64,000 nt of DNA from Octopus vulgaris (taxonomy: Eukaryota): contig OX597814.1 in NCBI GenBank assembly GCA_951406725.2, positions 55,738,001 through 55,802,000 on the forward strand. Direction: 5' to 3'. The notes beneath the pieces were generated by a model that worked only from the letters and a program-made list of their open reading frames with translations, did no database searches and was not told where the DNA came from. Position numbers and translations under genes: made by a program. Positions 14,901-28,700 of this stretch are shown piece after piece; the first letter of the stretch is position 1, and each line of letters starts with the position of its first letter.

Positions 14901-15308
14901 AGGGATAATAGTCCAGTAGATTTATCATTATACTGATTTGGTTTCAGAGTTTCATTCATGGTAGAACTCATAAATTACTGTTAACTACTAATTCAATCTA
15001 TATCAGTAGATGAGTTAGAAATATATGGATACAAGTAGGTTTCTTCAAATCCTGTGCATGCTGTGCACCTGTCACAGACTGGGGATTATATTTTCTTTTA
15101 TTTTTTTCTTTTACCTTTTACTTGTTTTGGTTATTAGTCTGTGGCCATGTGGGAGGACCGCCTTGAAGAATTTTAGTTGAACGAATTGACCTCAGTACTT
15201 ATTTTTTCAAACTTAGTACTTATTCTATTGGGCATCTTTTGCCAAACCACTACATTACATGGTCATAAACACCCCACCACTGGTTGTCAAGTGGTGGTGG
15301 GGGACAAA

Positions 15309-15360
<52 letters not shown>

Positions 15361-16253
15361 CACACTCATACAGACACACAAACACACATGTGCATACACA
15401 TGTATACATATGCACATGCATCAATGTATATATAATATGCATGTTTATGTATGAGTGTATCTCTCTTTGTTTGGAAATCTCACATCACACATCTGTGACC
15501 ACTTCAGCAACCATTACTATCACTGAAGAGGCTACAAATACGCAACGAAAGTTTTCCAAACAATGGACTTACAATAAAATAAGAACAGTAATAAATGAGT
15601 GAAGAATGAATGTATAATGCATGTGTTTATTTGGCAAAAAGAAAAAAATGACCCTCCCAGAATATAACAATATCTGTTTAATCACACAGTTTCACATCAG
15701 GAATCTTGCAACACAAATTCATAAACATATATATATATTTATACTTGAATATTCATTGTCTGAAAATGTTCAATCTTTTTTTTCTCTTCATTTACATGTA
15801 TACATGTATATATATTTTGTACATAAAACCTGAGCAGTTTTATTTGTTCATGTAGTATTAATTTCAGTGAGGAAGAAATTATGCTTTCAAATATGTATTA
15901 ATATGTATGCTCAGCATTTTACAATACAACTGATGATCACAAGTCAATGGATATAAAGACAGCAAGCTCATGAGATCACCATACCATTATAATTATACCA
16001 ACAACCAGCTTGTGTGTGTGTGTGTGTGTGTTCTTGTTTTACTGTCCCCATACCTTGACATCAGGTACTAGTTGTAAGCAAGTGCCACAGTCATGCAAGA
16101 GATGTTCTTTGTTTACAATATCCCACCTAATGATGTCTGGGCATGCTGAAATTTTACCTTGCTTGAAAGTAAATGAAGGTTGGTGTCAGAAACGGCATCC
16201 AGCTATACAAAATCTGTTTGATCCATGCAAGTATGGAAAGTGGATGTTCATAC

Positions 16254-16302
<49 letters not shown>

Positions 16303-16332
16303 CAAGAAAAAAGCAACAAAAATGGATCAATA

Positions 16333-16422
16333 TTTCAGTACAATTGTTTCGTACGAAGACCACCTTTATTAAGGCTGCAAATATTGCAGCAAATACACGT
16401 GACCCGTACTCATCAGCCGAAA
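16333..16422 (-). ncRNA. Type I hammerhead ribozyme, long stem II
   Basis: tttcgg-CTGATGA-gtacg...cgtac-GAAA-caattg-TA-ctgaaa; intact core, GUA cleavage triplet. Confidence 0.8.
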
Positions 16423-16844
16423 AAACATCTGAGTTCTCAAAACATCTAAGGGGGTGAGGCTACACTCATGAAACATTCGGGGTAGTTCTATAAAAATCAG
16501 ATTTAGATAATAAACGGACATCCAAAGTTCTTTAATGTTGCACAGTCAAATAACAGGCTTTAAAAAAGTGTTTTAAAAAACCTCTTAGTTTCACAGAAAT
16601 TGAAAATGTAAATCCATCCATAATAATGAAGAATGTTTGAATTCTGGAGATATGAGGAGAGATTTCATACTCACAGACGATGTATTTATCCATAATTAGT
16701 TCATAATAAAGTGGGTTTCCAGATGTATGATGGTATGCTGGTTGCTTTTCTGATCATTTCTCAAAACTGATTTTTATAGAACTATCCCGAATGTTTCATG
16801 AGTGTAGCCTCACCCCTTTAGATGTTTTGAGAACTCAGATGATT

Positions 16845-16934
16845 TTTCGGCTGATGAGTATGGGTCACGTGTATTTGCTGCAATATTTGCAGCCTTAATA
16901 AAGGTGGTCTTCGTACGAAACAATTGTACCGAAA
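16845..16934 (+). ncRNA. Type I hammerhead ribozyme, long stem II
   Basis: tttcgg-CTGATGA(16851-57)-gtatg...cgtac-GAAA(16917-20)-caattg-TA-ccgaaa; predicted cleavage after 16928. Confidence 0.8.
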
Positions 16935-17075
16935 TATTGATCCATTTTTGTTGCTTTTTTCTTGCTTATAATCACCCCGCATTATCTTATGGTTAATACC
17001 ATATAGATTTCAGGTGCATCTAAGTTAAGTACCTCATTCATGTGAATTCAACAGAACTCACTTGAATCTTAATTA

Positions 17076-17113
<38 letters not shown>

Positions 17114-17137
17114 TGCATATATACATATATAAGGTAT

Positions 17138-18119
17138 AAGGTAAACTATATGACGCATGTGTACGAACAGCCATGCTGCATGGCAGTGAAACATGGGCTG
17201 TGACTGCTGAGGACATGTGTAAGCTCACAAGGAATGAAGCCAGTATGCTCCGATGGATGTGTGCATACTCGACAAAGTGTAAGTACCTTGAGAGAAAAGC
17301 TGGACCTAAGAAGCATCAGATGTGGTGGTATGGTCATGTGGCGAGAATGGATGAGGATAGCTGTGTGAAAAAGTGCCACACCCTAGTGGTTGATGGAACC
17401 TGTGGAAGAGGTAAACCCAGGAAGACCTGGGATGAAGTGGTGAAGCATGACCTATGATCATTAGGCCTCACTGAGACCTTTGGAAATATGCTGTGTGTGA
17501 GAAGACCTGACAAGCCAATGGAGACCATAACCTGTGGCCTATGCCAGGGGTGTAGCCAGCCCACTTATGTGTACCTTTCCTTCATTGGACACTAAACTCT
17601 GCTTGCAAAGACCTGTTGAGGCAAGTGAAATCGAAATCAAATCCAATTCACTAATTCGATGACTGGCACCCATGCTAGTGGAGTGCTAAAAGCACCATCA
17701 GAGCGTGATCACTGCCAAAGCATCTGACTGGCTTCCATGCCAGTGGTACGTAAAAAGCACCATTGAAACATGATTGTTACCAGCATCGCCTTACTGGCAC
17801 TTCTGTCGGTGGCACATGGAAAACATTTGAGCGAAGTCATTGCCAGTGCTGCTGGACTGGCTCCTGTGCAAGTGGTGCGTAGAAAACACCACTTGAGTGT
17901 GGCCATTGCCAGTACTGCCTGACTGGCCCTCATGCTGGTGGCATGTAAAAGCACCCACTACACTCTCGGAGTGGTTGATGTTAGGAAGGGCATCCAGCTG
18001 TAGAAACTATGCCAGATAAGATTGGAGCCTGGTGCAGCCATCTGGTTCACCAGTCCTCAGTCAAATCATCCAAACCATGCTAGCATGGAAAGCGGACGTT
18101 AAATGATGACTATGATGAT
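17138..18119 (+). mobile_element. 5'-truncated RTE LINE (ORF C-terminus plus 3' UTR)
   Basis: MLHGSETWAVTAEDM...GTCGRGKPRKTWDEVVKHDL nearly identical to 26250-26843; RTE tail present. Confidence 0.92.
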
Positions 18120-18285
18120 ATATATTACACGGATGATATATTTAATAGAGATGTTACAACCACATCTGATTGTTCAAGTGCTTCAATTCTGTGTGTGTAC
18201 ATACATTTACTCAATTGCTCATATTTATCAGTGATTTCAATACCCAGGTGTGTGTGTGTGTATGTGTCTTTGCATGTGTGTATAT

Positions 18286-18330
<45 letters not shown>

Positions 18331-20375
18331 GGAGAGAGAAGAACTAATGGTGTTAGAAGTAATTTTTAGTGATTCTCAAGAAAAATAAAAAAGAGATACG
18401 AACTCAGTGAGATATGAGGGATATCAGTAAATGTTATAAAGCATTTTGTTAAGTGTTATAAAATTTCCACCTGTTCAACAGTCTATAAGGTTGAATGACA
18501 ATAAAATCAGCCATTGAGTGAGCTTTCTATGTGTCATTAAGATTTTAGAAATACCAGCTGAATATTACTTAAATCACGTTCTACTGTCTCAAGAGAGGAA
18601 GGGCATATAACACTAACTGCATCTTAAGAAAAGACAGAATAATCAATGCTGGAATGTGTTTGATGATACACTTGCATTATCAAAGTAGGCCTGGGGCTAA
18701 ATAACAATAGATAATATCAAAGACACTCTTGATAGCTCCTTTACAACTGGTTACTAATAATGGACAAAGAAGGAACAATTTATCTATTATGAGGTTTTAG
18801 ATATCTTGATATTTTCAAAATATTGACTTCAAAACAGAAATGATTTAATGCTAGACTAAACAAATAAATAAGTGGCCTAATTAAGTTTAGTGTTGAAATT
18901 CTGCAGTGAATTATTTAAGTTTTATTTCTAGAGTCAATAAAATAAAATTATAAAATGCAAACAATAATATAACAGCTTAACATAGCATACTGGGTTGTTG
19001 TTAAAAAAAACCTGAACCATATTTGAGCGAATGAATTGAGTTAAGAACATAAAAGACTAACTTTCTGCCAAAATTCTGCTAGCAAACTTACAAGTTATGA
19101 GATTCTAATACAGTAAATATCAAGCTTAAAAACCATAAATCTAAGTAAACTTGTATTTCAAATAGAAAAAAAATGAAGCTTAGATTTAATTGAATAATCA
19201 GTACACTAATATTAATACTTATGCAACCCTCAAATTAAAATAAATTTATATTCCAAACAGAAAAAAGGAGAAAAACTTTAGCTATTATTAATTATTATTT
19301 GCTTGTTTTAAATAAAAAAAAACTAATAATCTTTTTATAAAAAGTATACACTGATATCTTCATATTACAGACTAAAGGCTATTCATCTTTAAGCTTTGAA
19401 GAAGGTCCCCTTCTTTTTTTATTTCTATAATTATTGACATTGAATGACAAAAAATAATCCTCGTTTATGAACAGCTGACCATGAAAACTGTTATATAAAT
19501 GGTGAAAAAGATGCAATGCAAAATGATGATACCTAAAATCACAAATATCACAATAGCTTTTCTCAAAATCATCTTTAATCATGTAGAAAATTATAGAAGC
19601 ATTATTCTAATCTAGTTCAAGGAACTAACATAATGGGTAAATTTCTGAGGCAAGCAGATAGATATGGTTAGCCTAATTCTGAGATTTAGTATATCTGTCC
19701 TCTTTCTAAATCTAAAGAAAGATTCCATAAAAATTTCCTTTTACAAATACATTTCTTGTAATTATGTTTTTATAGAGCTTCTCTTCTCACTTTTAGTTTC
19801 TTGTTCAACTCAAAACTTTTCTTCTCATTCCTATCCACAACCCAATTTGAGAACTGTCAATTTAAAATTCTCTTTTATGCTGACCACCTCAAGCCACAAA
19901 TAACTAGATTTCTAGAATTCAATAAAATGCAAAAATGAATAATTTATAAATATGATTCAATAATAATAAAGTTATGCTAGCATGGAAAGCGGACGTTAAA
20001 CAATGATCATGCATAAAAAATCCATATAATTCCTTGCTGTTTTACGTTAAGAAGAATGATAATTAATGAAAATACAGAAAGAATGAATAAGTTACATATT
20101 TCCATTAATTAGATCAGCTGTCTTTCTAATATTTATTATCCTGAAATTTAAATATATCATTCATTGTCTATTAATATATTGAAGTTATTAATATTGTAAA
20201 AATATTTTTTAACCTGTCATTAAATCAGAAATATCTTTCAGTAAATCTTTGAACAATACAAAGAAGATTGGAGTGAATATGGTCTTTAAAACCAGGCAGG
20301 AAGGCAAAGGACATATTTCAGTTTCATTAGACCTACTCAGTAAGGCATATCTACTTGTCTGGCAAGACTAATAGG

Positions 20376-20414
<39 letters not shown>

Positions 20415-20714
20415 AAGAGAGAATGTGGGAAGGAGAGGCAGGGTAATGATGCTGATTATGAATATCAGCAGTATGCCCGAAGGAAACTATGTAAAGAAAG
20501 TATTCTGTGTACTATTTACAAATACAATAGTATCTCACCCATGTAATAATAATACAGTAGGTTGAGAAAAACTTTGATTTCCATGAGTAATCTTAGTCAA
20601 GTAAAGTTTTTAAATTTACGTATATGAGGACCTATCATATTTGTATTGAGTATGCAGAATACTCCTCTAAGGTATTTTCCTTCAACCATAATTCTGTATG
20701 TATAACATATATTT

Positions 20715-20865
20715 ACATGGTTTCCATCAATCAAATTCATTCACAAAGCATTGGTTGGCCTGGAGCTATAGCAAAAGACATTTACTCAAAATCCCATGCA
20801 GTAGAACTGAACTTGAAGCCACATGGTTGCAAAGCAAGCCTCTTAACCACAGAGCCATGCCTACA
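20715..20865 (-). mobile_element. SINE family B
   Basis: Reverse complement of head and core, as at 7985. Confidence 0.65.
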
Positions 20866-21523
20866 TTAGTATGCTTCATTTTTGGAGTCACAGTGACATG
20901 CAAAATTATATTTAAACTTCATTAAAAATTGGTTTAGTCATTTCAAAATCACTTATGGTTTAAAAATGACTAATACATGAAGGCACATGGCCTAGTTGTA
21001 AGGATGTTGCACTTAGGATTGTAAGATCATAGTTTCTATCATCAGAGGAGACAGTGTGTTGTGTTCTTGACCAAAACATTTCATTTATGTTGCCCCAATC
21101 CACTCAGCTGTAAGTAAGTAATCCTGCAATGGACTGGCATCCCATTTAGAGCTAACGTTGTGATATCAGTCACTTACATGCCTTGGAAATGAGGTAGATG
21201 GCCCCATGAATCTTAGGATAGTACTTACTTTACATCTAATATATATCTTTATTCCTTTCTAAAATACAACAAACAAGATCCAAATTAATGTCTTTATCTT
21301 CAGAAATACTTGTAAACAGACACTAAATTTAATGTTTTTGTCACAAGCTAATATCTTACTAATTAAATAAATAAGACTTAAATGCACAACCAATACTATT
21401 CCTCAAGCGAAGAAAAAAGTGCTGCTACTATTTCTCTTTTAATGACAGAACACTTTAAAAATAAACAAGTATTGTATCAATAGTTAAATACAGATAGTTT
21501 GGAAATGACTTTAGCTGACTTAC

Positions 21524-21570
21524 CTGACCTGCATCAAGAAAATAACTGAAGCTTCAAATTTCGTACTTAC
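21524..21570 (-). other. Candidate 47-nt exon / recursive splice site
   Basis: Minus strand ttctttttAG|GTAAGT...CAG|gtaagt. Confidence 0.3.
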
Positions 21571-21652
21571 CTAAAAAGAAATCAATAAATACATATCAAT
21601 AATTCTAGTTTAATATTGAGTTTCAATGATATTTCTGTCATATATGTGTATG

Positions 21653-21697
<45 letters not shown>

Positions 21698-24600
21698 GCT
21701 GAAGATATGCTAGATAAAGTTTAGAGAAATATTGCACAGAGTAACTTCATTTCCCTGCTTGACTAATGAAGAGTGAACACAAGGAAATATGAAATAGCAT
21801 TGACTTCTGTAGGCCAAATTATTAAAGAGAAAGGCTCTTGCATATTATTCATACTTATCTGATTCCAAAGATATTAGCAAATACAACATTAAAAAGAATT
21901 AAAATAGTTAACTAGTTACTGTATAAAATATTCATTTGAGAAGAGTCAGACATCTCTATTATCATCAATGTTTCATATTTTGTTTCCATCTTGGCATGCA
22001 TTAAGTATATTTGCATGATTGCATCATGCTTATCCTTTACCCTTGTTTGCTGAAAGTATATTTAAGATGCAAAACAATTTCCACAAACTTAATATGCTCA
22101 AATTCAGCTATATAACTTGTTTTATTGTTAAACAATGTGACAAACATAGAAGTGAAAGAGTGGGATCAGTAGAGAGCCATCTAGGGAAGGTGAAGAAGCA
22201 TTCATTAAATATGAAAAATTATATGTAAAATTGAGCAAATATGAGTTAAGAATGTCATGAAGGTATTGGCCATTATATTTTGGAAGGATAGCTGCATTAA
22301 TATGCTCACATAATATGAATGAACAAAAAAATTTTTAATACATTTTCAATTCAACTGTAAAGATTTTAGTATTTTTAATGTCATTTTGCATTTATGAACG
22401 ATATCTTAAAGTAAAATAATCTATCAATCATAACAAGGAAAGACATTACTTTTATTATGTGCAATATACTCTTTATTACTGTTTGCATATTATGGAAAGG
22501 TAAAAATCCATAAAGAAAATATTCTTTTCTTATGAAAAGTCAGACATGAAACGAGGAAATGATATTTCTAGAAGCCCTCCAAAGATGGAAATCAATATTA
22601 GTATGTGTGAAAGCTTCTGAACTTTAAACTAAATTTCATGAATACTTTCATGAAGGAATTTCAATATGGTTGCTATGGTATTTTCACTTTGCGCTATTTT
22701 TAACCATTCTAGTGAAACAAGTATTATAACTAGTAAGAAACAAGTATTTGTACCTATTGTCATAAAATATGTAATTCTTCTAATCATCAAAAGCAATCTA
22801 AAAACAAAGCTTCTCTTTGTACAAGAACAAGCTATTAAAGCCAAATTTCAAAGAATTCTCTAAGCAAATGATAAAAATAGCTCTCTACAATCTAGTTACT
22901 AGTTCTCACAGTTCTTTTCTTTTATCTACTTCTAATTTCTTTGTATGTAACCATGTCTAAATGATAACAAAGCCAGTTTAAAAATGAGAGACGATATTTA
23001 TTTGAAGACAGAGAGGCTAACTAAACTTCCTATTTTCCACAGAATATAACTTAATTTTGAAGTAGCATTTCTTTCATCTATCAAATGATGCTTAATAAAA
23101 AGAAAAGAAGCTGTTTTGTGAAACCTAACTTTAAAACCAAGTGATTTATTTCAAGTGTTTTATCTTTGTATCTTTTGCCATTATTAACATTTGAACTGTT
23201 CACAAAGAGATACTATTCCACCTTTTATTTCTCATACAGCTTCATGTCTAGCAGCAGAATATTGTATCATTCTTTTATCAGTAATTTTTGGACTCTTATG
23301 ATTTGCAGATAAGAAAATGTGTGTTGATCAAATAATGAATATTCATAATAAACAGTTTTGTAAGAGGGAGTATAAGATTTTCCTTCCAAAATAAAATTAT
23401 CTATATACTCAGAAAAGATTTAATTTAATAATAACTGATATTTAATTATTATTGTTAATGAAAAGTATAAGTTGTAATAACATTGAATCTTATATCAACA
23501 GACAAAAAATAAATAGGCAATAAGAACATGAAGAATATTTAAGAGTAAATTATGTAATAATAAAATGGCCATATTTGTATATCAGCATAATGAAACATAC
23601 TCATATGCATAGACAAGTATTTTTAATGAATTTTAGAGTACAGAATAATGCATCATGTCAAAGATTTTTTTCTAAATTAACAAATACAAAATAGAATGGT
23701 TAATTTAAGATTTTAATGAACCTCAAAAATACAGCTGGTGATTTTACACTTTGTTTCAAACTCAAATGTCACCTCATCAAGACTAACCTACCTGAAATAA
23801 GTTTGCTAAATCTCTGAAAACGACTTTCAAGATTTGGTTAATTCATAGCATTTTCAGCATGACCTGTTTAACTAAGTGTGAAATTAGCATAATGCCTACA
23901 TAGTCAGATACTGTCACTATCTCAATAACTTCTCCTCATAGATAGCTCCATCCAATTCCTTCAATAGCTTTATTACCTATACTGAAGCTAACCCCACTTG
24001 TTTGGTCCTCTGTCTACTTGGAGTAGTCTCTCATTATCCTACACACTTATTCATAGACATATTTCCATATTTCTTTTGTACTTGTGTCATTTTGTACGCA
24101 TTACTTCCAAATTACTTCCAAGCTGATTAATATGAATACACTACTTTGTGATTCAGAAAGATTCACACCTTTCCTCTTCATAGTGCAAATTACAAGCAAA
24201 CATTCTAATCTGAGTTCCTCTCCTGGCTACATACACCCTTCATTCCAGCCTGGTTTCTCATAGCATATTGTTATTTCCTTCCTTGCACTTTTTTGTAAGC
24301 CTGTTACTTAGCTCATATAACTCTATCCATTGTACTATTTCACCACTAGCTTTCTACTGCGTCACTGGAGGACTGTTTTATCTGTATAACTGAAAACTCT
24401 ACTTTACAATGACATGTTAAAGATATAGTCAAAGATAATATATTTTCTAAACTTATGATAATATTTGTTCTGCAACATTCACAATTAAATACTACACCGG
24501 AACTATTTTTAGATTGACAAAGAGCAATAGCAGCACAAACAAAAAAACCTTCTTCATTTCCTGATTTTATCCATTATTGTCATCTTTTTCCTCACTCACA

Positions 24601-25344
24601 CAAAAATAAAGATTCCCTGTCTACTTGGAGACACCAATAGAAAAGTTCATTTATCTACCTTAAAAGAATTAACTTGGAAACTCTCTGAACATAGGTGGAA
24701 GGCAGTACTCTAGAATAAAAATAAAACTAGCAGCCAACAAGTCAAACAGCCAACTTCAAATTAAAATGAATCATCTTCATAATTACTATTAATGACTACT
24801 GTTCCAACACTTAAACTAATTTTTGGACTCTCCCTAACAAAGAAATCAATATTCCACAGAATATTTACTAAACTTTTCAAGTAATATTCTGATTTTAGCT
24901 TCAATCAAAAAAGCAATAATCTCAGCATCCCTATTTATCTCAGGATTGTGTATTGCTAAAGTCAAGTAGTTACATCCAATGATAACCATTCCTTTTAAAT
25001 TAACCAGCAGCGAGACATTTCCTACAAACAAACTCAGGCTATTCATCACCAAAAGTTATTTTGAAACCATATTCAGTTCACACATATAAAATGAAAATAC
25101 AGAAAATAAATACAGAGAGACAATATCAGTTCATACCAGAAAAACCTATTTTTGATTTGGTAAGTATTCGACATTTCCATAAACTAAACAAAAAAACTCT
25201 CTCATTCCTGATTGTATGCTTGTATGCTTTCTGACTTTTATTATCGTAATTCATCTTTCAAACTTCCTCCTCATATATATGTGTGTATGTGACAGAAAGA
25301 GAGAGAGAGAGGGGGGGGAGGGAGAAAGAGCAAGTGTGTGTGGG

Positions 25345-25445
25345 TGTATATATACATACACACAGAGATATATATATACATGTATATATATATATATACA
25401 CATATATATATACATATATACATATATATATATATAGATATATAC

Positions 25446-25476
<31 letters not shown>

Positions 25477-25549
25477 CATATATATGTACATATATATACA
25501 TATATATACATAAATATATATATATACATATATATACATATATATATAC

Positions 25550-25584
<35 letters not shown>

Positions 25585-25645
25585 AATATATATATATATA
25601 ATAAAATATATAAATATACATAATATATATATAAATATAATAATA

Positions 25646-25740
<95 letters not shown>
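25345..25740. repeat. (TA)n/(TATACA)n microsatellite
   Basis: Seen directly; abuts the RTE tail. Confidence 0.95.
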
Positions 25741-25742
<2 letters not shown>

Positions 25743-28700
25743 TCATCATCATTTAGCGTCCGCTTTCCATGCTAGCATGGGTTGGACGGTTCAACTGGGG
25801 TCTGTGAAGCCAGAAGGCTGCATCAGGCCCAGTCTGATCTGGCAGTGTTTCTACGGCTGGATACCCTTCCTAACGCCAACCACTCCATGAGTGTAGTGGG
25901 TGCTTTTTACGTGTCACCCGCACAGGTGCCAGACAGAGCTGGCAAACAGCCATGGACGGATGGTGCTTTTTACGTGCCACCGGCACGGGGGCCAGGCGAG
26001 GCTGGCAATGGCCACGATCGGATGGTTCGCTTACTTGTCACCGGCACTGGTATCACAGCTGCAATTTCCGTTGATGTTGATCGACTTCGATTTTGGTTCT
26101 GCTTTCTGATATCTGATTTGATTTGGTTTGATTTTGATTTTCACTTGCCTCAACGGGTCTTCACAAGGGGAGTTTTGTGTCCCAAGAAGGAAAGGTATGT
26201 ATAAGTCGACTGGCTACATACCAGGTAGAGGCCACGGGTTATGGTCTCACTAGTCTTGCCGGGTCTTCTCACACACAGCATACTTCCATAGGTCTTGGTC
26301 TCTAGTCATTTCCTTAGTGAGACCTAAAGTTCGAAGGTCATGCTTCACCACCTCGTCCCAGGTTTTCCTGGGTCTACCTCTTCCACAGGTTCCCTCAACT
26401 GCTAGGGTGTGGCACTTTTGCACACAACTATCTTCAACCATTCTCGTCACATGACCATACCAGCGCAAACGTCTCTCTTGCACACAACAACTGATGCTTC
26501 TTAGGTCCAACTTTTCTCTCAAGGTACTTACACTCTGTTGATTATGAACACTGACATTACACATCCATCGGAGCATACTGGCTTCATTTCTTGCGAGCTT
26601 ACGCATATCCTCAGCAGTCACAGCCCATGTTTCATTACCATGTAGCATGGCTGTACGTACACATGCATCATATAGTCTGCCTTTTACTCTGAGCGAGAGG
26701 CTTTTCGTCACCAGCAGGGGTAAGAGCTCTCTAAACTTTGCCCAGGCTATTCTTACTCTAGCAGTTACACTTTCAGCACACCCACCCCTGCTACTGACTT
26801 GTTTTTTTTCCCTGGAACGTGGTAGAAGTTGGTCTCTGCACATTTTCAGTGTTTATTGCTCCTGAGCATCTGCCACAGACAAAAACTATTTTCCTAGTTA
26901 GCCTTCCTTTGAAATTGCTGCACCTCTTATGTGTCCATAGCTTACACTTGGTGCACCTTATAGAGTTTCTACCTACACCTTTTTTACAGATCGAGCAGGG
27001 CCATCTACCTGAAGGCGATTGTGATTGGTCTACCTTCCTACTTATTAGGACTTTGGTTTTGGCTAGGTTGATTCTAAGGCCCTTCGATTCTAATCCTTGC
27101 TTCCACACCTGAAACTTCTCCTCCAGTTCTGATAGTGACTCAGCAATTAGAGCAAGGTCATCAGCATAGAGGAGCTCCCAGGGGCATCCTGTCTTGAATT
27201 CCTCCATTATTGCCTGGAGGACTATGATAAATAGGAGGGGACTGAGGACTGAACCTTGGTGGACCCCAACCTCTACCCGGAATTCTTCACTGTACTCGTT
27301 GCCAACCCTCACCTTACTAGCAGCGTCTCTGTACATGGCTCGCACAGCTCTCACTAACCATTCATCTATCCCTAGTTTCCTCATTGACCACCAGATAAAA
27401 GATCGGGGGACCCTGTCAAAGGCTTTCCCCATGTCAACTAAAGCCAGGTACAGGGGCTTATCTTTGGCTAGGTATTTCTCCTGCAGCTGTCTTACCAGGA
27501 ATATAGCATCAGTAGTACTTTTCCCTGGCACGAACCCAAACTGCATCTCATCTAAGCTAACTCTCTCTCTAATTAGTTGGGCTATAACCCTCTCCGTAAC
27601 CTTCATTACCTGATCCAGCAGCTTGATACCCCTGTAGTTATTTGTATCTAGGGCGTCACCTTTACCTTTGTAGCAGTTGACTATTATGCTGCTACACCAG
27701 TCATTGGGTATGACTCCTTCGTGTATCACCTGGTTAACTATACGGGTGACTAGGCTATAGCCGACACTACCAGATATTTTGAGCATCTCTGCAGTAATTC
27801 CTGATGGGCCTGGGGCTTTCCCTGTTTTCATGCTTGTAATTGCCTTAACTACTAAGGAACTGTCAACTCGGATTGCTGGTCCCTCTGTTGGGTCGACATT
27901 CGGCAGACTCTCTTTATTCCATTCATTTTCCTCATTCAGCAACCTTTCATAGTGGCGTCTCCAAACCTCTCTCTTTGCATCCTCATTTAGCGCAAGTGAA
28001 CCGTCATCCTTGCGAACACATTTCTCTCCTACCACGTCACGATTCTCTCTCACACACTGTCTTGCAACACGAAATACCTCAAGTCTTTCATCCTCACGGC
28101 ACAGAACATTGGCAAATTTTTTCTTATCTGCTTCCTCTCTGGCTAAATACACCTACCTCCTAGCTTCCCTTCTGGCAGTCTGATACACTTCCCTGCTACC
28201 ACCGTTCTTCCAGTCCTTCCAAGCCTGTTTCTTTTGTCTAATAGCCTTGTCAACAATATTGTTCCACCATCACGTTATTTTGGGTCTTGAGGGGACTTTG
28301 CACAGCCACAGATCTGGTCAGTGGCTTTCAGCAGGTTGTCCCTTAGTTGTCTTCTACCCCATGTGTAGCTATACCCCCTTCTATTTCGTCAAAGGCATGT
28401 CTCTAAATCTCTGTCCATTCGCATGGTCTTTAAGCTTCCAGACCCTTCTTCTCCATGTTGGTCATCTTCTAGTCGCCCTCTTAGTCCTGATCCTAAAGTC
28501 ACTAACTACCAGTCTATGTTGTGGGGTACATTCTTCGCCTGGGAAGGTTTTGGCATTTATAAGCAGCCATCTTTCCCTTTTTCTGGCAAGGATGTAGTTG
28601 ATTTGGCTAGTATGCCGGCCCGATCGGTAGGTGACCAGGTGGCTTGTCGGTTTCCTGAAGTTAGTGTTGCAAACCATAAGACTATTCGCATCGCAGAACT

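Larger units (their letters stand above)
16303..17080. mobile_element. Penelope-like remnant: 198-bp inverted repeats around a 266-bp spacer
   Basis: Arms 16303-16500 and 16767-16964 are near-identical reverse complements, each with a hammerhead; 16945-17060 is homologous to 60715-60840 (-). Confidence 0.75.

Noticed and set aside
15515-15565. Hammerhead-like CTGAAGA...GAAA
   Set aside because: Stems I and II do not pair convincingly
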